64,000 nt of DNA from Octopus sinensis (GCF_006345805.1 NC_043005.1:73346001-73410000), one strand, 5' to 3'; numbered from the stretch's first letter, positions 49,171 through 61,662 are shown. Made by a program: numbers and translations. The notes: generated by a model from the letters alone, not told the origin.

Positions 49171-50680
49171 ATGGAATTAGACTTAAGTTCAAAAAAAGAC
49201 TTTCCCGAGATGGGAGAAAGTATAACAACTGAACAAAAGGAAACACAGACAAAACCCAGTTTTTCAGACGCCGTAGGTGGCGAAGTCGAAGAAATGGAGG
49301 TATCAATGGAAAGATTATTCAAGTTTAGATCGCTGGTGCAAAAAAGTGGCGAAGAAACACGATTGGTACCGCCCCCCGAAACTATACAAGCAATAAAGGA
49401 AAAAATGGTCACCTACAGGGTGTACAATATCAAGGAAAAACGAATGACCGACGTGAAAAACGAAATGGTCGAAAAGTGTATGGCTCCAATATGGAGTAAA
49501 GTTAGTCATGTCAACCGAGGTGCAAGAAGCGCTACAGTGGAGGCGCATTTTGAAACGGCGGAAGTAGCAAGGCAAATTTCGACACAAACGTTGAAAAACG
49601 AGAGTATAATACTGCTACCCTTATATTTAGGATGCAGAACCGCAAAAGTGACCCTAGAAGATATACCAACGGGCTACGACGTGATGTGTGGGCGGCAACA
49701 GCGGTCATTTTTGATGTTGAATCAAAATTGACAATTTTAAGTATGAAGAGAAAATTGCAAAACACTGGAGAGGCCAGCAGCTGGAGATGATAATCCAGGC
49801 GGAAAATGCGACGTTGGAAAGCCTACCAGACAGAGTCTTCGTGGGGGAGGGGCACTCCATACGAGTTTCGGTGGAAGGACGCAGGCCCAGATGTTTTAAG
49901 TGCGGGCAAAAGGGCCACGTTCGCTCCGTTTGCACAAAAAAAATAATGCGGGCAACGCCCCCCACAAAACGCTGTGAAGAACGCAGAAAGCAGCAAAGTG
50001 GAGAAAAAAGTAACGGCTGGCGAAAACAAGGAGGAAAAAATAAACAGGTCGAACTCCAAAAAGGAGGAAGACAAGAACGAAATGCAAAATGAGAAAGGAA
50101 AGGATGAGGAAAATAATGCAACAAAAACAAATAAACAAGAAGACATGGAATTTACGAACGTGTCCAACAAAAGGAAAAAATCCATCACCCCTGACTCCCC
50201 ACCCGTACCGTATCAAAAAAAAAAAACAACGCAGACGAACAAATTAAAAATATTCTCCAATCCCACCCCGGCGGTACTACACTTATAGGCCAGCACTTTA
50301 ACAAACCCCACCCCCCAACTGTAAAAGGGTTTAAACCCAACGAAAAAATTATTGCATACACCACAAAGAACGTGAGAGTAGAAACATGGGTGAAAGCAAG
50401 TACGCTGATCAGGTGCTACAAAGCGACCGAGAAGGAAGCGGAGTGGCGATATGGAAGGGTCGGCGAAGAAGGATGGAAAGACAAAACCTTACAAAGCCAC
50501 GTAAAAGCCGGCTTCATTAAGGATGTCACCCAGGAGGTGACAACTGGGAAATTACCCGTTAGCCCGGCAGCCACACCAACCCAGAGCCCGGTGGCAACGC
50601 CGGTGAAACACCCAGCAGCAACGGCGAGTGGGGGGGAGACAGGCAGAAAGAATCTGTCAGGCTCCCTCTCGCAACCGTGA
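49171..50680 (+). pseudogene. ORF1 (gag-like, CCHC zinc knuckle), frameshifted in this assembly
   Basis: Pieces 49159..49731, 49787..50092, 49974..50288 and 50372..50680; CFKCGQKGHVRSVC. Confidence 0.88.
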
Positions 50681-50703
50681 GTAAATAATTTTCTTTTTTC
50701 TCG

Positions 50704-53700
50704 ATGATTAAGTTAGGTTGTATAAATGTGCGTGGAATGGGATCGAAATGGAAACAGGCTTGTTTTCGTGACGACCTCATTTCACATAGAATCGAAGTAG
50801 CTATTGTTACCGAGTCCAAGATGAAGGGACCCCAAGCGTTCTCACCACTTCTCAATGGTTACGAGAAATTTATTTCTCCTAGCCGAGGGGGAGGTGCAGG
50901 CGTGGCAGTTCTTTTCAGGAAGAACTTGGACTTACAGGTAAGTACTGTCTTTTTGGACCCAGAAGGTAGGCTGGTTGTCCTAGATGTGACGCACGTGAGT
51001 AAGCAGTCCTTCAGGTTGGTGGCTGTCTACGCTCCTAACGGACGTGGGCAGACCGGTTTTTATCGGGAACTGGAGCACTTTCTAGTGACGTCCAAAACGG
51101 TAGTCTTGGTAGGGGATTTCAACACCATTCTCGATGCGCGGGTGGATGGTGTAGGCTCGAGCGATAGGAAGGGGAATCCTGGCCTCAAGGCTCTACTAGC
51201 GAGCTTTAATCTAGTAGACCGTTTTCGACTGGATGAGCCGAACGTTCCACAGTGGACGTGGAGTAATAACGACGGCTCACTCAGATCGTACATAGATAGA
51301 GTATTTGTTAAGGAACGAGATAGGAATAGTGTTAGCTGTCCACAATTCTCTGTTGTGCCTTACACGGATCACAAACTTGTAACGTGTGAGGTACATGTAG
51401 ATAAATGCCATAGACAAGGTCCCGGGTACTGGAAGATGAACAAGTCTATTTTGACCTGTGAAGCTTTCCGTACCCGGATTAAGGAATTAGTACAGAGGGC
51501 ATTATGTGGCACCATCATTAATAATAGATGGTGGCTCGCCCTCAAAAGAGCCATCCGTTTGGAGTCCATTAGATTTAGCAAGCAGCTAAGTTTAGATAGG
51601 ACTAGAATAGAGGGCGAATTAGTTAAGAACTTAGACGAGGCTATGGAATCTGGCTGTGCATCCGGAGTGTTGGCAGCGCGAGAGCGGTATTGTACCGTCA
51701 CCTCAACGCCAAGCACGAGGGGTGTAGAGTCAGAGCTAAGTTACGTGCAGGAAAACGAGAAGGTATTAACGTTGCCGGATGGGCCCGTCGTGAGGAGAGT
51801 CAGAAGGGCAAAAAGTCTGTATTATGTCCTTAACTGACGAGCAGGACCGCAAGATCTATGGACAGGAGGAGATGCAGAAGGTCCTTCACCAGCATTTCGC
51901 ACGGCTGTTTGGGGGCGGTGGCCCGCTCGAGCGTGGGGAGACCTTAAAGGACTTCCTAGCTGGTGGGCCTCGGCTCTCGGCAGGTGAGGCGGAGTGCTGT
52001 GAAGGATCGATCTCTCCCGCAGAGGTAAGAGGGGCTATGGCCGAGTGCGCCGGGGAAAAGTCACCGGGATTGGATGGTCTACCCTATGAATTTTATTTGT
52101 TGTATGCCGGACTTGTTCGGGGACATACTGGCAAGCGTCTATGCAAACTGGCAACAGAATGGGAGGATTCCCAGCTCTGTGAGTCGGGGAGTTGTGACGC
52201 TGGTCCAGAAAGACCCGAGCAAGGGGGACAGTATTAGTAATTACAGGCCCATAACTCTACTTAATGTAGAGTTTAAGATTTTGGCCAAGGTGTTAGCAAA
52301 AAGGTTGACGGCTGTCGTGAAGAAACTTGTCGGGAAGGCACAGACATGTGCAATCCCAGGCAGGTCGATCCAGGATAATCTTCACCTTCTCCGCTACACT
52401 ATAGATAGGGTCGGGAAATTAGACGGCAAAGGAGGGGCATTGGTCCATTTAGACCAAAGTAAAGCGTTTGATAGGGTGGACCATCGGTACTTGGCGGCGG
52501 TTCTCGAAGCGGCTGGGCTGGGCCCTGGCTTCTGCGGGTGGATCTCAGCTATGTACAGCGGCATCAAGTCCACAGTCCAGATAAACGGTTACCTAACGGA
52601 GCCGTTTTCGATCAAGCGTTCAGTTCGACAAGGGTGCCCCTTGTCCCCGCTCCTGTATGTTTTGGCTCTTGAGCCATTGCTGCGGAAGCTGGAGAAGTTG
52701 GGAGGCAACCCTAATGAAATCGGATGCGGTAAGTCTGTTTCTGCCTATGCGGATGACGTCACCCTCATCGTGTCCAACGGAACACAGCTACCTCGGGTAG
52801 TAGGTGCTCTCCATAGATACGAAGGTGGCAGGGGCAAAAGGGACAGGGACAAGTCCATCGGTTTGCGCCTCGGCACCTGGAGGAACAAGCAGATACCGTC
52901 CAGTGTTGTTGGACACTGGACGGATGGTCCTGTTAAATTGCTCGGAGTATGGTTTGGTCCAGACTCCCAGACGGAGAAGAATTGGAGCGAGGTAACGAGC
53001 AAGGTGGATGCCATAGTACGGAAGTGGTCCGGAAGGCATCTTTCCTTGAAAGGGAGGGCGGAGGTGGCACAGATGTTTATAGCCTCTGTCGTCACCTACC
53101 GCCTGACCGTCGTGCCTTGCCCCGATTCGTGGTTAAACAAGTTGGAACGACTTCTTTTCCGCTTTTTGTGGAAAGGAGGAAAGCCACTTGTGAGACGCTC
53201 CGTGTGTTGCCAGGAACCGCTAAAGGGTGGACTGGGGATGCCTTGGCTAATGATGCGCAAGCATGCGTTGAGGCTGAGACACCTCTGGTGTTACCTGGAG
53301 GATGATAAGGTGTGGAGTTCGCTGCTGGCAGAGGAATTCTTCCCGCGACCGGCCTCTATGGAGGGATTTACACCCGGTCTCATTAAAGGACGTAAACTGA
53401 CTTCATGGCAGAAGGAGTGCCGACAGGCACTCTGGCTGATCCACAAGATGGGTAAGGCCGGCAGCGGGAATACCACCTCGGTGTTCTATAAAGGGCTGGT
53501 AGGAGGAAAAAATGACGACGTCCTAGGAAGGGCTCTGGGGTTCGATGAGGATCAACTCTCCAACCTGTTTAAGAAGACTTTCAGGCCGGGGTATTTGGAT
53601 AATTACCAAAAATCCCTGACCTGGCAGTGCTATAGGAATGCATTACCTGTTCGCGAGAAGTTATCCAGGCACGGAATGTCAGTGCCACCGACGTGTCCAA

Positions 53701-54095
53701 GATGTGGGTTGGACGATGAAACCGTTCAACACGCTTTTGTACAATGTCGGGAGCTGTCAGGCTTGATAAGTTACGTGGAACACGTGTTGTCGCATCTGGG
53801 ACGAGTACAGCTGTCGGCTGGATCTATGATTAAGATGATACCGCCAACTGGACTCTCAAAGGAAGGTAAGGCTTGTTTTTACTGTACGGTGGCAGTATTG
53901 AAAGAGTGTGTATGGAGAACTAGAGTGGAAGGTCTAGTGAAAGGGTCCTTTATCTCTGGCCCCGGTTTGTTAAAATACTTCGGATATCATCTGAAGAGCA
54001 AGATGGGGTTGGAGAAGAGGAGCCTGCCACAGAAAGAGTATATGGAACGTTGGAAGGATGTGATGAGAAAGGTGGGTGAGAGTAACCCAGCTTAA
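50704..54095 (+). pseudogene. ORF2: APE endonuclease, reverse transcriptase and C-terminal Cys/His motif, frameshifted
   Basis: INVRG, VYAPN, GDFN, IDRVF, TDH, GPGYWKMN; SPGLDG, YRPITLLN, DQSKAFDRV, QGCPLSP, YADD; CPRCGLDDETVQHAFVQC. Confidence 0.95.
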
Positions 54096-54715
54096 TCATC
54101 GAGGAAAGGAAAAATCAGCTGCTGGGATTTATAGGCTGCCGGGTTCAAAATTGAAACTGGTACCTCCCATTACCTTTCACTGTACATAACTGTTTAAAAT
54201 AAAGAATTAATAATAAAAAAAAAGAAATGAAAGAAAAACATACGCACTAAAAGTTCTCGTGATAAAGGCAAAAGTAAGCCAAGGTTTCGTTTCAAGGCAA
54301 AGTAAGCCAAGTTTTCGTTCAAGTGACATAAAATTTTAATTTTGTAATTTTTTAAATTTCATTCGAACTCGCATAGCATTTTTGTAACTGTTTTGTCCTG
54401 TAATGTATCCATTCTATGTTAGATCTATTGATCATAATAAAGAAAATTTCATCGCTAACTGGTGGTTTTTTGAATTTTCCTCGGCGTATACCAATATTTT
54501 CTGTTGCTGCAAATCATTGTGTGAGTTCGTTTCCGTTTGTCTACTCTGTCGTGTTACAAGTAATATCATTGTTGAACTGTTTTTGACCCAGTAATTTTCG
54601 CCCTTCGGGGTAGAAAATTTCTGTGTGGGTTTTGTGTGAACTCTTAACCTGTACAGGTTATTTTTGGAAAAAAAAAAATTCTCTTGTCATTTGTGACAAG
54701 TTTGTGTTGTCTAAT

Positions 54716-56235
54716 ATGGAATTAGACTTAAGTTAAAAAAAAGACTTTCCCGAGATGGGAGGAGAAAGTATAACAACTGTTAAACAAAGGAAACACAGAC
54801 AAAACCCAGTTTTTCAGACGCCGTAGGTGGCGAAGTCGAAGAATGGAGGTATCAATGGAAAGATTATTCAAGTTTAGATCGCTGGTGCAAAAAAGTGGTG
54901 AAGAAACACGATTGGTACCGCCCCCCGAAACTATACAAGCAATAAAGGAAAAAATGGTCACCTACAGGGTGTACAATATCAAGGAAAAACGAATGACCGA
55001 CGTGAAAAACGAAATGGTCGAAAAGTGTATGGCTCCAATATGGAGTAAAGTTAGTCATGTCAACCGAGGTGCAAGAAGCGCTACAGTGGAGGCGCATTTT
55101 GAAACGGCGGAAGTAGCAAGGCAAATTTCGACACAAACGTTGAAAAACGAGAGTATAATACTGCTACCCTTATATTTAGGATGCAGAACCGCAAAAGTGA
55201 CCCTAGAAGATATACCAACGGGCTACGACGTGATGTGGGCGGCAACAGCGGTCATTTTTGATGTTGAATCAAAATTGACAATTTTAAGTATGAAGAGAAA
55301 ATTGCAAAAACACTGGAGAGGCCAGCAGCTGGAGATGATAATCCAGGCGGAAAATGCGACGTTGGAAAGCCTACCAGACAGAGTCTTCGTGGGGGAGGGG
55401 CACTCCATACGAGTTTCGGTGGAAGGACGCAGGCCCAGATGTTTTAAGTGCGGGCAAAAGGGCCACGTTCGCTCCGTTTGCACAAAAAAAAATAATGCGG
55501 GCAACGCCCCCCCACAAAACGCTGTGAAGAACGCAGAAAGCAGCAAAGTGGAGAAAAAAAAAGTAACGGCTGGCGAAAACAAGGAGGAAAAAATAAACAG
55601 GTCGAACTCCAAAAAGGAGGAAGACAAGAACGAAATTCAAAATGAGAAAGGAAAGGATGAGGAAAATAATGCAACAAAAACAAATAAACAAGAAGACATG
55701 GAATTTACGAACGTGTCCAACAAAAGGAAAAAATCCATCACCCCTGACTCCCCACCCGTATCAAAAAAAAAAAACAACGCAGACGAACAAATTAAAAATA
55801 TTCTCCAATCCCACCCCGGCGGTACTACACTTATAGGCCAGCACTTTAACAAACCCCACCCCCCAACTGTAAAATGGTTTAAACCCAACGAAAAAATTAT
55901 TGCATACACCACAAAAGAACGTGAGAGTAGAAACATGGGTGAAAGCAAGTACGCTGATCAGGTGCTACAAAGCGACCGAGAAGGAAGCGGAGTGGCGATA
56001 TGGAAGGGTCGGCGAAGAAGGATGGAAAGACAAAACCTTACAAAGCCACGTAAAAGCCGGCTTCATTAAGGATGTCACCCAGGAGGTGACAACTGGGAAA
56101 TTACCCGTTAGCCCGGCAGCCACACCAACCCAGAGCCCGGTGGCAACGCCGGTGAAACACCCAGCAGCAACGGCGAGTGGGGGGGAGAGACAGGCAGAAA
56201 GAATCTGTCAGGCTCCCTCTCGCAACCGTGAGTAA
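54716..56235 (+). pseudogene. ORF1 of copy 2, frameshifted
   Basis: 408-aa piece 54843..56069 including the zinc knuckle; C-terminal piece 55900..56235. Confidence 0.88.
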
Positions 56236-56254
56236 ATAATTTTCTTTTTTCTCG

Positions 56255-59200
56255 ATGATTAAGTTAGGTTGTATAAATGTGCGTGGAATGGGATCGAAAT
56301 GGAAACAGGCTTGTTTTCGTGACGACCTCATTTCACATAGAATCGAAGTAGCTATTGTTACCGAGTCCAAGATGAAGGGACCCCAAGCGTTCTCACCACT
56401 TCTCAATGGTTACGAGAAATTTATTTCTCCTAGCCGAGGGGGAGGTGCAGGCGTGGCAGTTCTTTTCAGGAAGAACTTGGACTTACAGGTAAGTACTGTC
56501 TTTTTGGACCCAGAAGGTAGGCTGGTTGTCCTAGATGTGACGCACGTGAGTAAGCAGTCCTTCAGGCTGGTGGCTGTCTACGCTCCTAACGGACGTGGGC
56601 AGACCGGGTTTATTATCGGGAACTGGAGCACTTTCTAGTGACGTCCAAAACGGGTCTTGGTAGGGGATTTCAACACCATTCTCGATGCGGGGGGTGGATG
56701 GTGTAGGCTCGAGCGATAGGAAGGGGAATCCTGGCCTCAAGGCTCTACTAGCGAGCTTTAATCTAGTAGACCGTTTTCGACTGGATGAGCCGAACGTTCC
56801 ACAGTGGACGTGGAGTAATAACGACGGCTCACTCAGATCGTACATAGATAGAGTATTTGTTAAGGAACGAGATAGGAATAGTGTTAGCTGTCCACAATTC
56901 TCTGTTGTGCCTTACACGGATCACAAACTTGTAACGTGTGAGGTACATGTAGATAAATGCCATAGACAAGGTCCCGGGTACTGGAAGATGAACAAGTCTA
57001 TTTTGACCTGTGAAGCTTTCCGTACCCGGATTAAGGAATTAGTACAGAGGGCATTATGTGGCACCATCATTAATAATAGATGGTGGCTCGCCCTCAAAAG
57101 AGCCATCCGTTTGAAGTCCATTAGATTTAGCAAGCAGCTAAGTTTAGATAGGACTAGAATAGAGGGCGAATTAGTTAAGAACTTAGACGAGGCTATGAAA
57201 TCTGGCTGTGCATCCGGAGTGTGGTTGGCAGCGAGAGCGGTATTGTACCGTCACCTCAACGCCAAGCACGAGGGGTGTAGAGTCAGAGCTAAGTTACGTG
57301 CAGGAAAACGAGAAGGTATTAACGTTGCCGGATGGGCCCGTCGTGCGGAGAGTCAGAAGGGCAAAAGTCCTGTATTATGTCCTTAACTGACGAGCAGGAC
57401 CGCAAGATCTATGGACAGGAGGAGATGCAGAAGGTCTTTCACCAGCATTTCGCACGGCTGTTTGGGGGCGGTGGCCCGCTCGAGCGTGGGGAGACCTTAA
57501 AGGACTTCCTAGCTGGTGGGCCTCGGCTCTCGGCAGGTGAGGCGGAGTGCTGTGAAGGATCGATCTCTCCCGCAGAGGTAAGAGGGGTTATGGCCGAGTG
57601 CGCCGGGGAAAAGTCACCGGATGATGGATGGTCTACCCTATGAATTTTATTGTTGTATGCCGGACTTGTTCGGGGACATACTGGCAAGCGTCTATGCAAA
57701 CTGGCAACAGAATGGGAGGATTCCCAGCTCTGTGAGTCGGGGAGTTGTGACGCTGGTCCAGAAAGACCCGAGCAAGGGGGACAGTATTAGTAATTACAGG
57801 CCCATAACTCTACTTAATGTAGAGTTTAAGATTTTGGCCAAGGTGTTAGCAAAAAGGTTGACGGCTGTCGTGAAGAAACTTGTCGGGAAGGCACAGACAT
57901 GTGCAATCCCAGGCAGGTCGATCCAGGATAATCTTCACCTTCTCCGCTACGCTATAGATAGGGTCGGGAAATTAGACGGCAAAGGAGGGGCATTGGTCCA
58001 TTTAGACCAAAGTAAAGCGTTTGATAGGGTGGACCATCGGTACTTGGCGGTGGTTCTCGAAGCGGCTGGGCTGGGCCCTGGCTTCTGCGGGTGGATCTCA
58101 GCTATGTACAGCGGCATCAAGTCCACAGTCCAGATAAACGGTTACCTAACGGAGCCGTTTTTGATCAAGCGTTCAGTTCGACAAGGGTGCCCCTTGTCCC
58201 CGCTCCTGTATGTTTTGGCTCTTGAGCCATTGCTGCGGAAGCTGGAGAAGTTGGGAGGCAACCCTAATGAAATTGGATGCGGTAAGTCTGTTTCTGCCTA
58301 TGCGGATGACGTCACCCTCATCGTGTCCAACGGAACACAGCTACCTCAGGTAGTACGTGCTCTCCATAGATACGAAGCGGTGACAGGGGCAAAAGTTAAC
58401 AGGGACAAATCCATCGGTTTGTGCCTCGGCACCTGGAGGAACAAGCCGATACCGTCCAGTGTTGTTGGACACTGGACAGATGGTCCTGTTAAATTGCTCG
58501 GAGTCTGGTTTGGTCCAGACTCCCAGACGGAGAAGAATTGGAGCGAGGTAACGAGCAAGGTGGATGCCATAGTACGGAAGTGGTCCGGAAGGCATCTTTC
58601 CTTGAAAGGGGGGGCGGAGGTGGCACAGATGTTTATAGCCTCTGTCGTCACCTACCGCCTGACCGTCGTGCCTTGCCCCGATTCGTTGTTAAACAAGTTG
58701 GAACGACTTCTTTTCCGCTTTTTGTGGAAAGGAGGAAAGCCACTTGTGAGAGCGCTCCGTGTGTTGCCAGGAACCGCTAAAGGGTGGACTGGGGATGCCT
58801 TGGCTAATGATGCGCAAGCATGCGTTGAGGCTGAGACACCTCTGGTGTTACCTGGAGGATGATAAGGTGTGGAGTTCGCTGGCAGAGGAATTCTTCCCGC
58901 GACCGGCCTCTATGGAGGGATTTACACCCGGTCTCATTAAAGGACGTAAACTGACTTCATGGCAGAAGGAGTGCCGACAGGCACTCTGGCTGATCCACAA
59001 GATGGGTAAGGCCGGCAGCGGGGGAATACCACCTCGGTGTTCTATAAAGGACTGGTAGGAGGAAAAAATGACGACGTCCTAGGAAGGGCTCTGGGGTTCG
59101 ATGAGGATCAACTCTCCAACCTGTTTAAGAAGACTTTCAGGCGGGGTATTTGGATAATTACCAAAAATCCCTGACCTGGCAGTGCTATAGGAATGCATTA

Positions 59201-59651
59201 CCTGTTCGCGAGAAGTTATCCAGGCACGGAATGTCAGTGCCACCGACGTGTCCAAGATGTGGGTTGGACGATGAAACCGTTCAACACGCTTTGTACAATG
59301 TCGGGAGCTGTCAGGCTTGATAAGTTACGTGGAACACGTGTTGTCGCATCTGGGACGAGTACAGCTGTCGGCTGGATCTATGATTAAGATGATACCGCCA
59401 ACTGGACTCTCAAAGGAAGGTAAGGCTTGTTTTTACTACGTGGCGGTGGCAGTATTGAAAGAGTGTGTATGGAGAACTAGAGTGGAAGGTCTAGTGAAAG
59501 GGTCCTTTATCTCTGGCCCCGGTTTGTTAAAATACTTCGGATATCATCTGAAGAGCAAGATGGGGTGGAGAAGAGGAGCCTGCCACAGAAAGAGTATATG
59601 GAAAGTTGGAAGGATGTGATGAGAAAGGTGGGTGAGAGTAACCCAGCTTAA
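56255..59651 (+). pseudogene. ORF2 of copy 2 (APE-RT), frameshifted
   Basis: Pieces 56255..56638, 56685..57386, 57332..57643, 57621..58862, 58759..59058 and 59317..59619. Confidence 0.93.
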
Positions 59652-60027
59652 TCATCGAGGAAAAGAAAAATCAGCTGCTGGGATTTATAGGCTGCCGGGC
59701 TCAAAATTGAAACTGGTACCTCCCATTACCTTTCACTGTACATAACTGTTTAAAATAAAGAATTAATAATAAAAAAAAGAAATGAAAAGAAAACATACGC
59801 ACTAAAAGTTCTCGTGATAAAGGCAAAAGTAAGCCAAGGTTTCGTTCAAGGCAAAGTAAGCCAAGGTTTCGTTTCAAGGCAAAGTAAGCCAAGTTTTCGT
59901 TCAAGTGACATAAAATTTTAATTTTGTAATTTTTAAATTTCATTCGAACTCGCATAGCATTTTTGTAACTGTTTTGTCCTGTAATGTATCCATTCTATGT
60001 TAGATCTATTGATCATAATAAAGAAAA

Positions 60028-60311
60028 TTTCATCGCTACCTGGTGGTTACCACCCGTTGACGAGGGACAACAATCCCGAAACTAGTTCGAGCGTATCACT
60101 CAGGCTTGCGAGGAAGGGATGGCCTCCCTTTGCAAATACTCCAAGGACACAGATATTGTGTCTAAAGCCAGCTAGAGACGAAGATCTCTTGGGGCTATAA
60201 AGCTACAGTAACACCCCCTCCCCAATGTGGTTAGCCATGATAAGATGGCTTCTATACTTTACATTATCGAGCGATAACTGTTTCAATCTTATTCTGAGAT
60301 TTAATTATGCT

Positions 60312-60313
<2 letters not shown>
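60028..60313 (+). mobile_element. 3' remainder of repeat X, with hammerhead-like motif at 60057-60090
   Basis: Continues exactly from the target duplication and matches the reverse complement of 48404-48643. Motif: TTGACGA-GGGA(CAACAA)TCCC-GAAA-CTAG-TT. Confidence 0.85.
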
Positions 60314-60359
<46 letters not shown>

Positions 60360-61208
60360 GTGTATATATATGGTACTATGGTATTTCTCTGTGTGTCTCT
60401 GTGTGAATGCAGCCGTCATAATGATTGTATATGTTATCGTAGGTTGGAGTTTCGATTCCTGGAGCGACATTACCTTTCCTCTACTTAGAGCCTGAGATCT
60501 GCCTACAATGAAGAACAAGAAGAGAAATGACTAGAGAGGAAGGTATTCTCTGCTAAAACATGCAGATTGATTCATATATGTCATTTAACTACAAAATTAG
60601 ACCCACTTTTGCAATACTTTCAGTACAACCCTTGTTTGTTTATATCTGTATATATATAACTGTGTGTGCGTGCGTAATATATGTGTGTGAGCGCGCACAC
60701 AAGTGTGTGTGTATGTATGTGTGTATGGCTAAAGCTGTTCTGTCAAATCGAAAGGAAATATCTCGGTATGGGAGAGGAATTGGAAGAAAGAACTAAATTA
60801 TGCTTAGTTAAGTTGTTGACAATTTCACCATAAGACTTTTGGGAATTTCTTGCAAGCAGTTATTAGATTTGGCATTTCTAGCTAATTTGTTTCGCCAAAG
60901 ATCAAAATCAATCGGCTGTAAACTGTAACACGTTCTTGTGGTAATCAACGGATGTGACATTCAACAGTTCTCAACAGGTTCGTTGTTATTTTTCTGTTCG
61001 ATCCCGTATTGTAATTCAAAAAGATTGTGCACAGTGATATACACACTCAACTAAACACGCTATATATTCTTTCGATCACGTGCGCGCCCCTGTGTATGTT
61101 GTTGACGTCATAAAAATATTTATAACTTTTCGAAAGAATTTGAAATAATCCTTTATGGGAACGGGAGATGAAAGTACATATGACACTATAAGTAATAGTA
61201 AGCAAATA

Positions 61209-61316
61209 TTGGGTTCACAAAGTATTCATGGATAAAAAATGTTTACGGGAGATTCACAGTCGTGCCCCACGAGCCACCTTCACGTTTTTCGATCCAAACG
61301 TGGTTTTTCAACCCAA
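61209..61316. mobile_element. Possible tiny mariner-type MITE
   Basis: TA-TTGGGTT...AACCCAA-TA ends; the inner TIR match is poor. Confidence 0.35.
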
Positions 61317-61377
61317 TATTTTCATACTATTATTCATAACATTATATGTGCGTCGAAATCCATTTCCTACATTTACA

Positions 61378-61447
<70 letters not shown>

Positions 61448-61662
61448 GACAGAGAGATACATACATACATAGATGGGATAGATAGACAAATAGATAAATA
61501 GATAGATACATACATGTATATATATTCATACTTATATATACAACGTTATATGTATTTACATATGCACACATATATACATATTTACATGTATATATATATA
61601 TAATATATATATATATAATATATATATATATATAAATGCGTGTATATATATGTGTGTGTGTG

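Larger units (their letters stand above)
48916..54446 (+). mobile_element. Full-length Tx1/L1-clade non-LTR retrotransposon, copy 1
   Basis: 5' UTR, ORF1 with zinc knuckle, ORF2 with APE, RT and a Cys motif, 3' UTR ending AATAAAGAAAA, bounded by an 18-bp target duplication. Confidence 0.95.
54465..60027 (+). mobile_element. Full-length Tx1/L1-clade non-LTR retrotransposon, copy 2
   Basis: Collinear with and nearly identical to copy 1, with different indels and substitutions. Confidence 0.95.

Noticed and set aside
59800-59910. CRISPR-like array
   Set aside because: The ~28-bp units are contiguous with no unique spacers, in a eukaryotic retroelement UTR.
48404-60313. Reading the flanking direct repeats as LTRs of an LTR retrotransposon
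   Set aside because: The internal ORFs are APE-RT (non-LTR), with no protease, integrase, PBS or TG...CA ends; the repeats belong to the interrupted host element.
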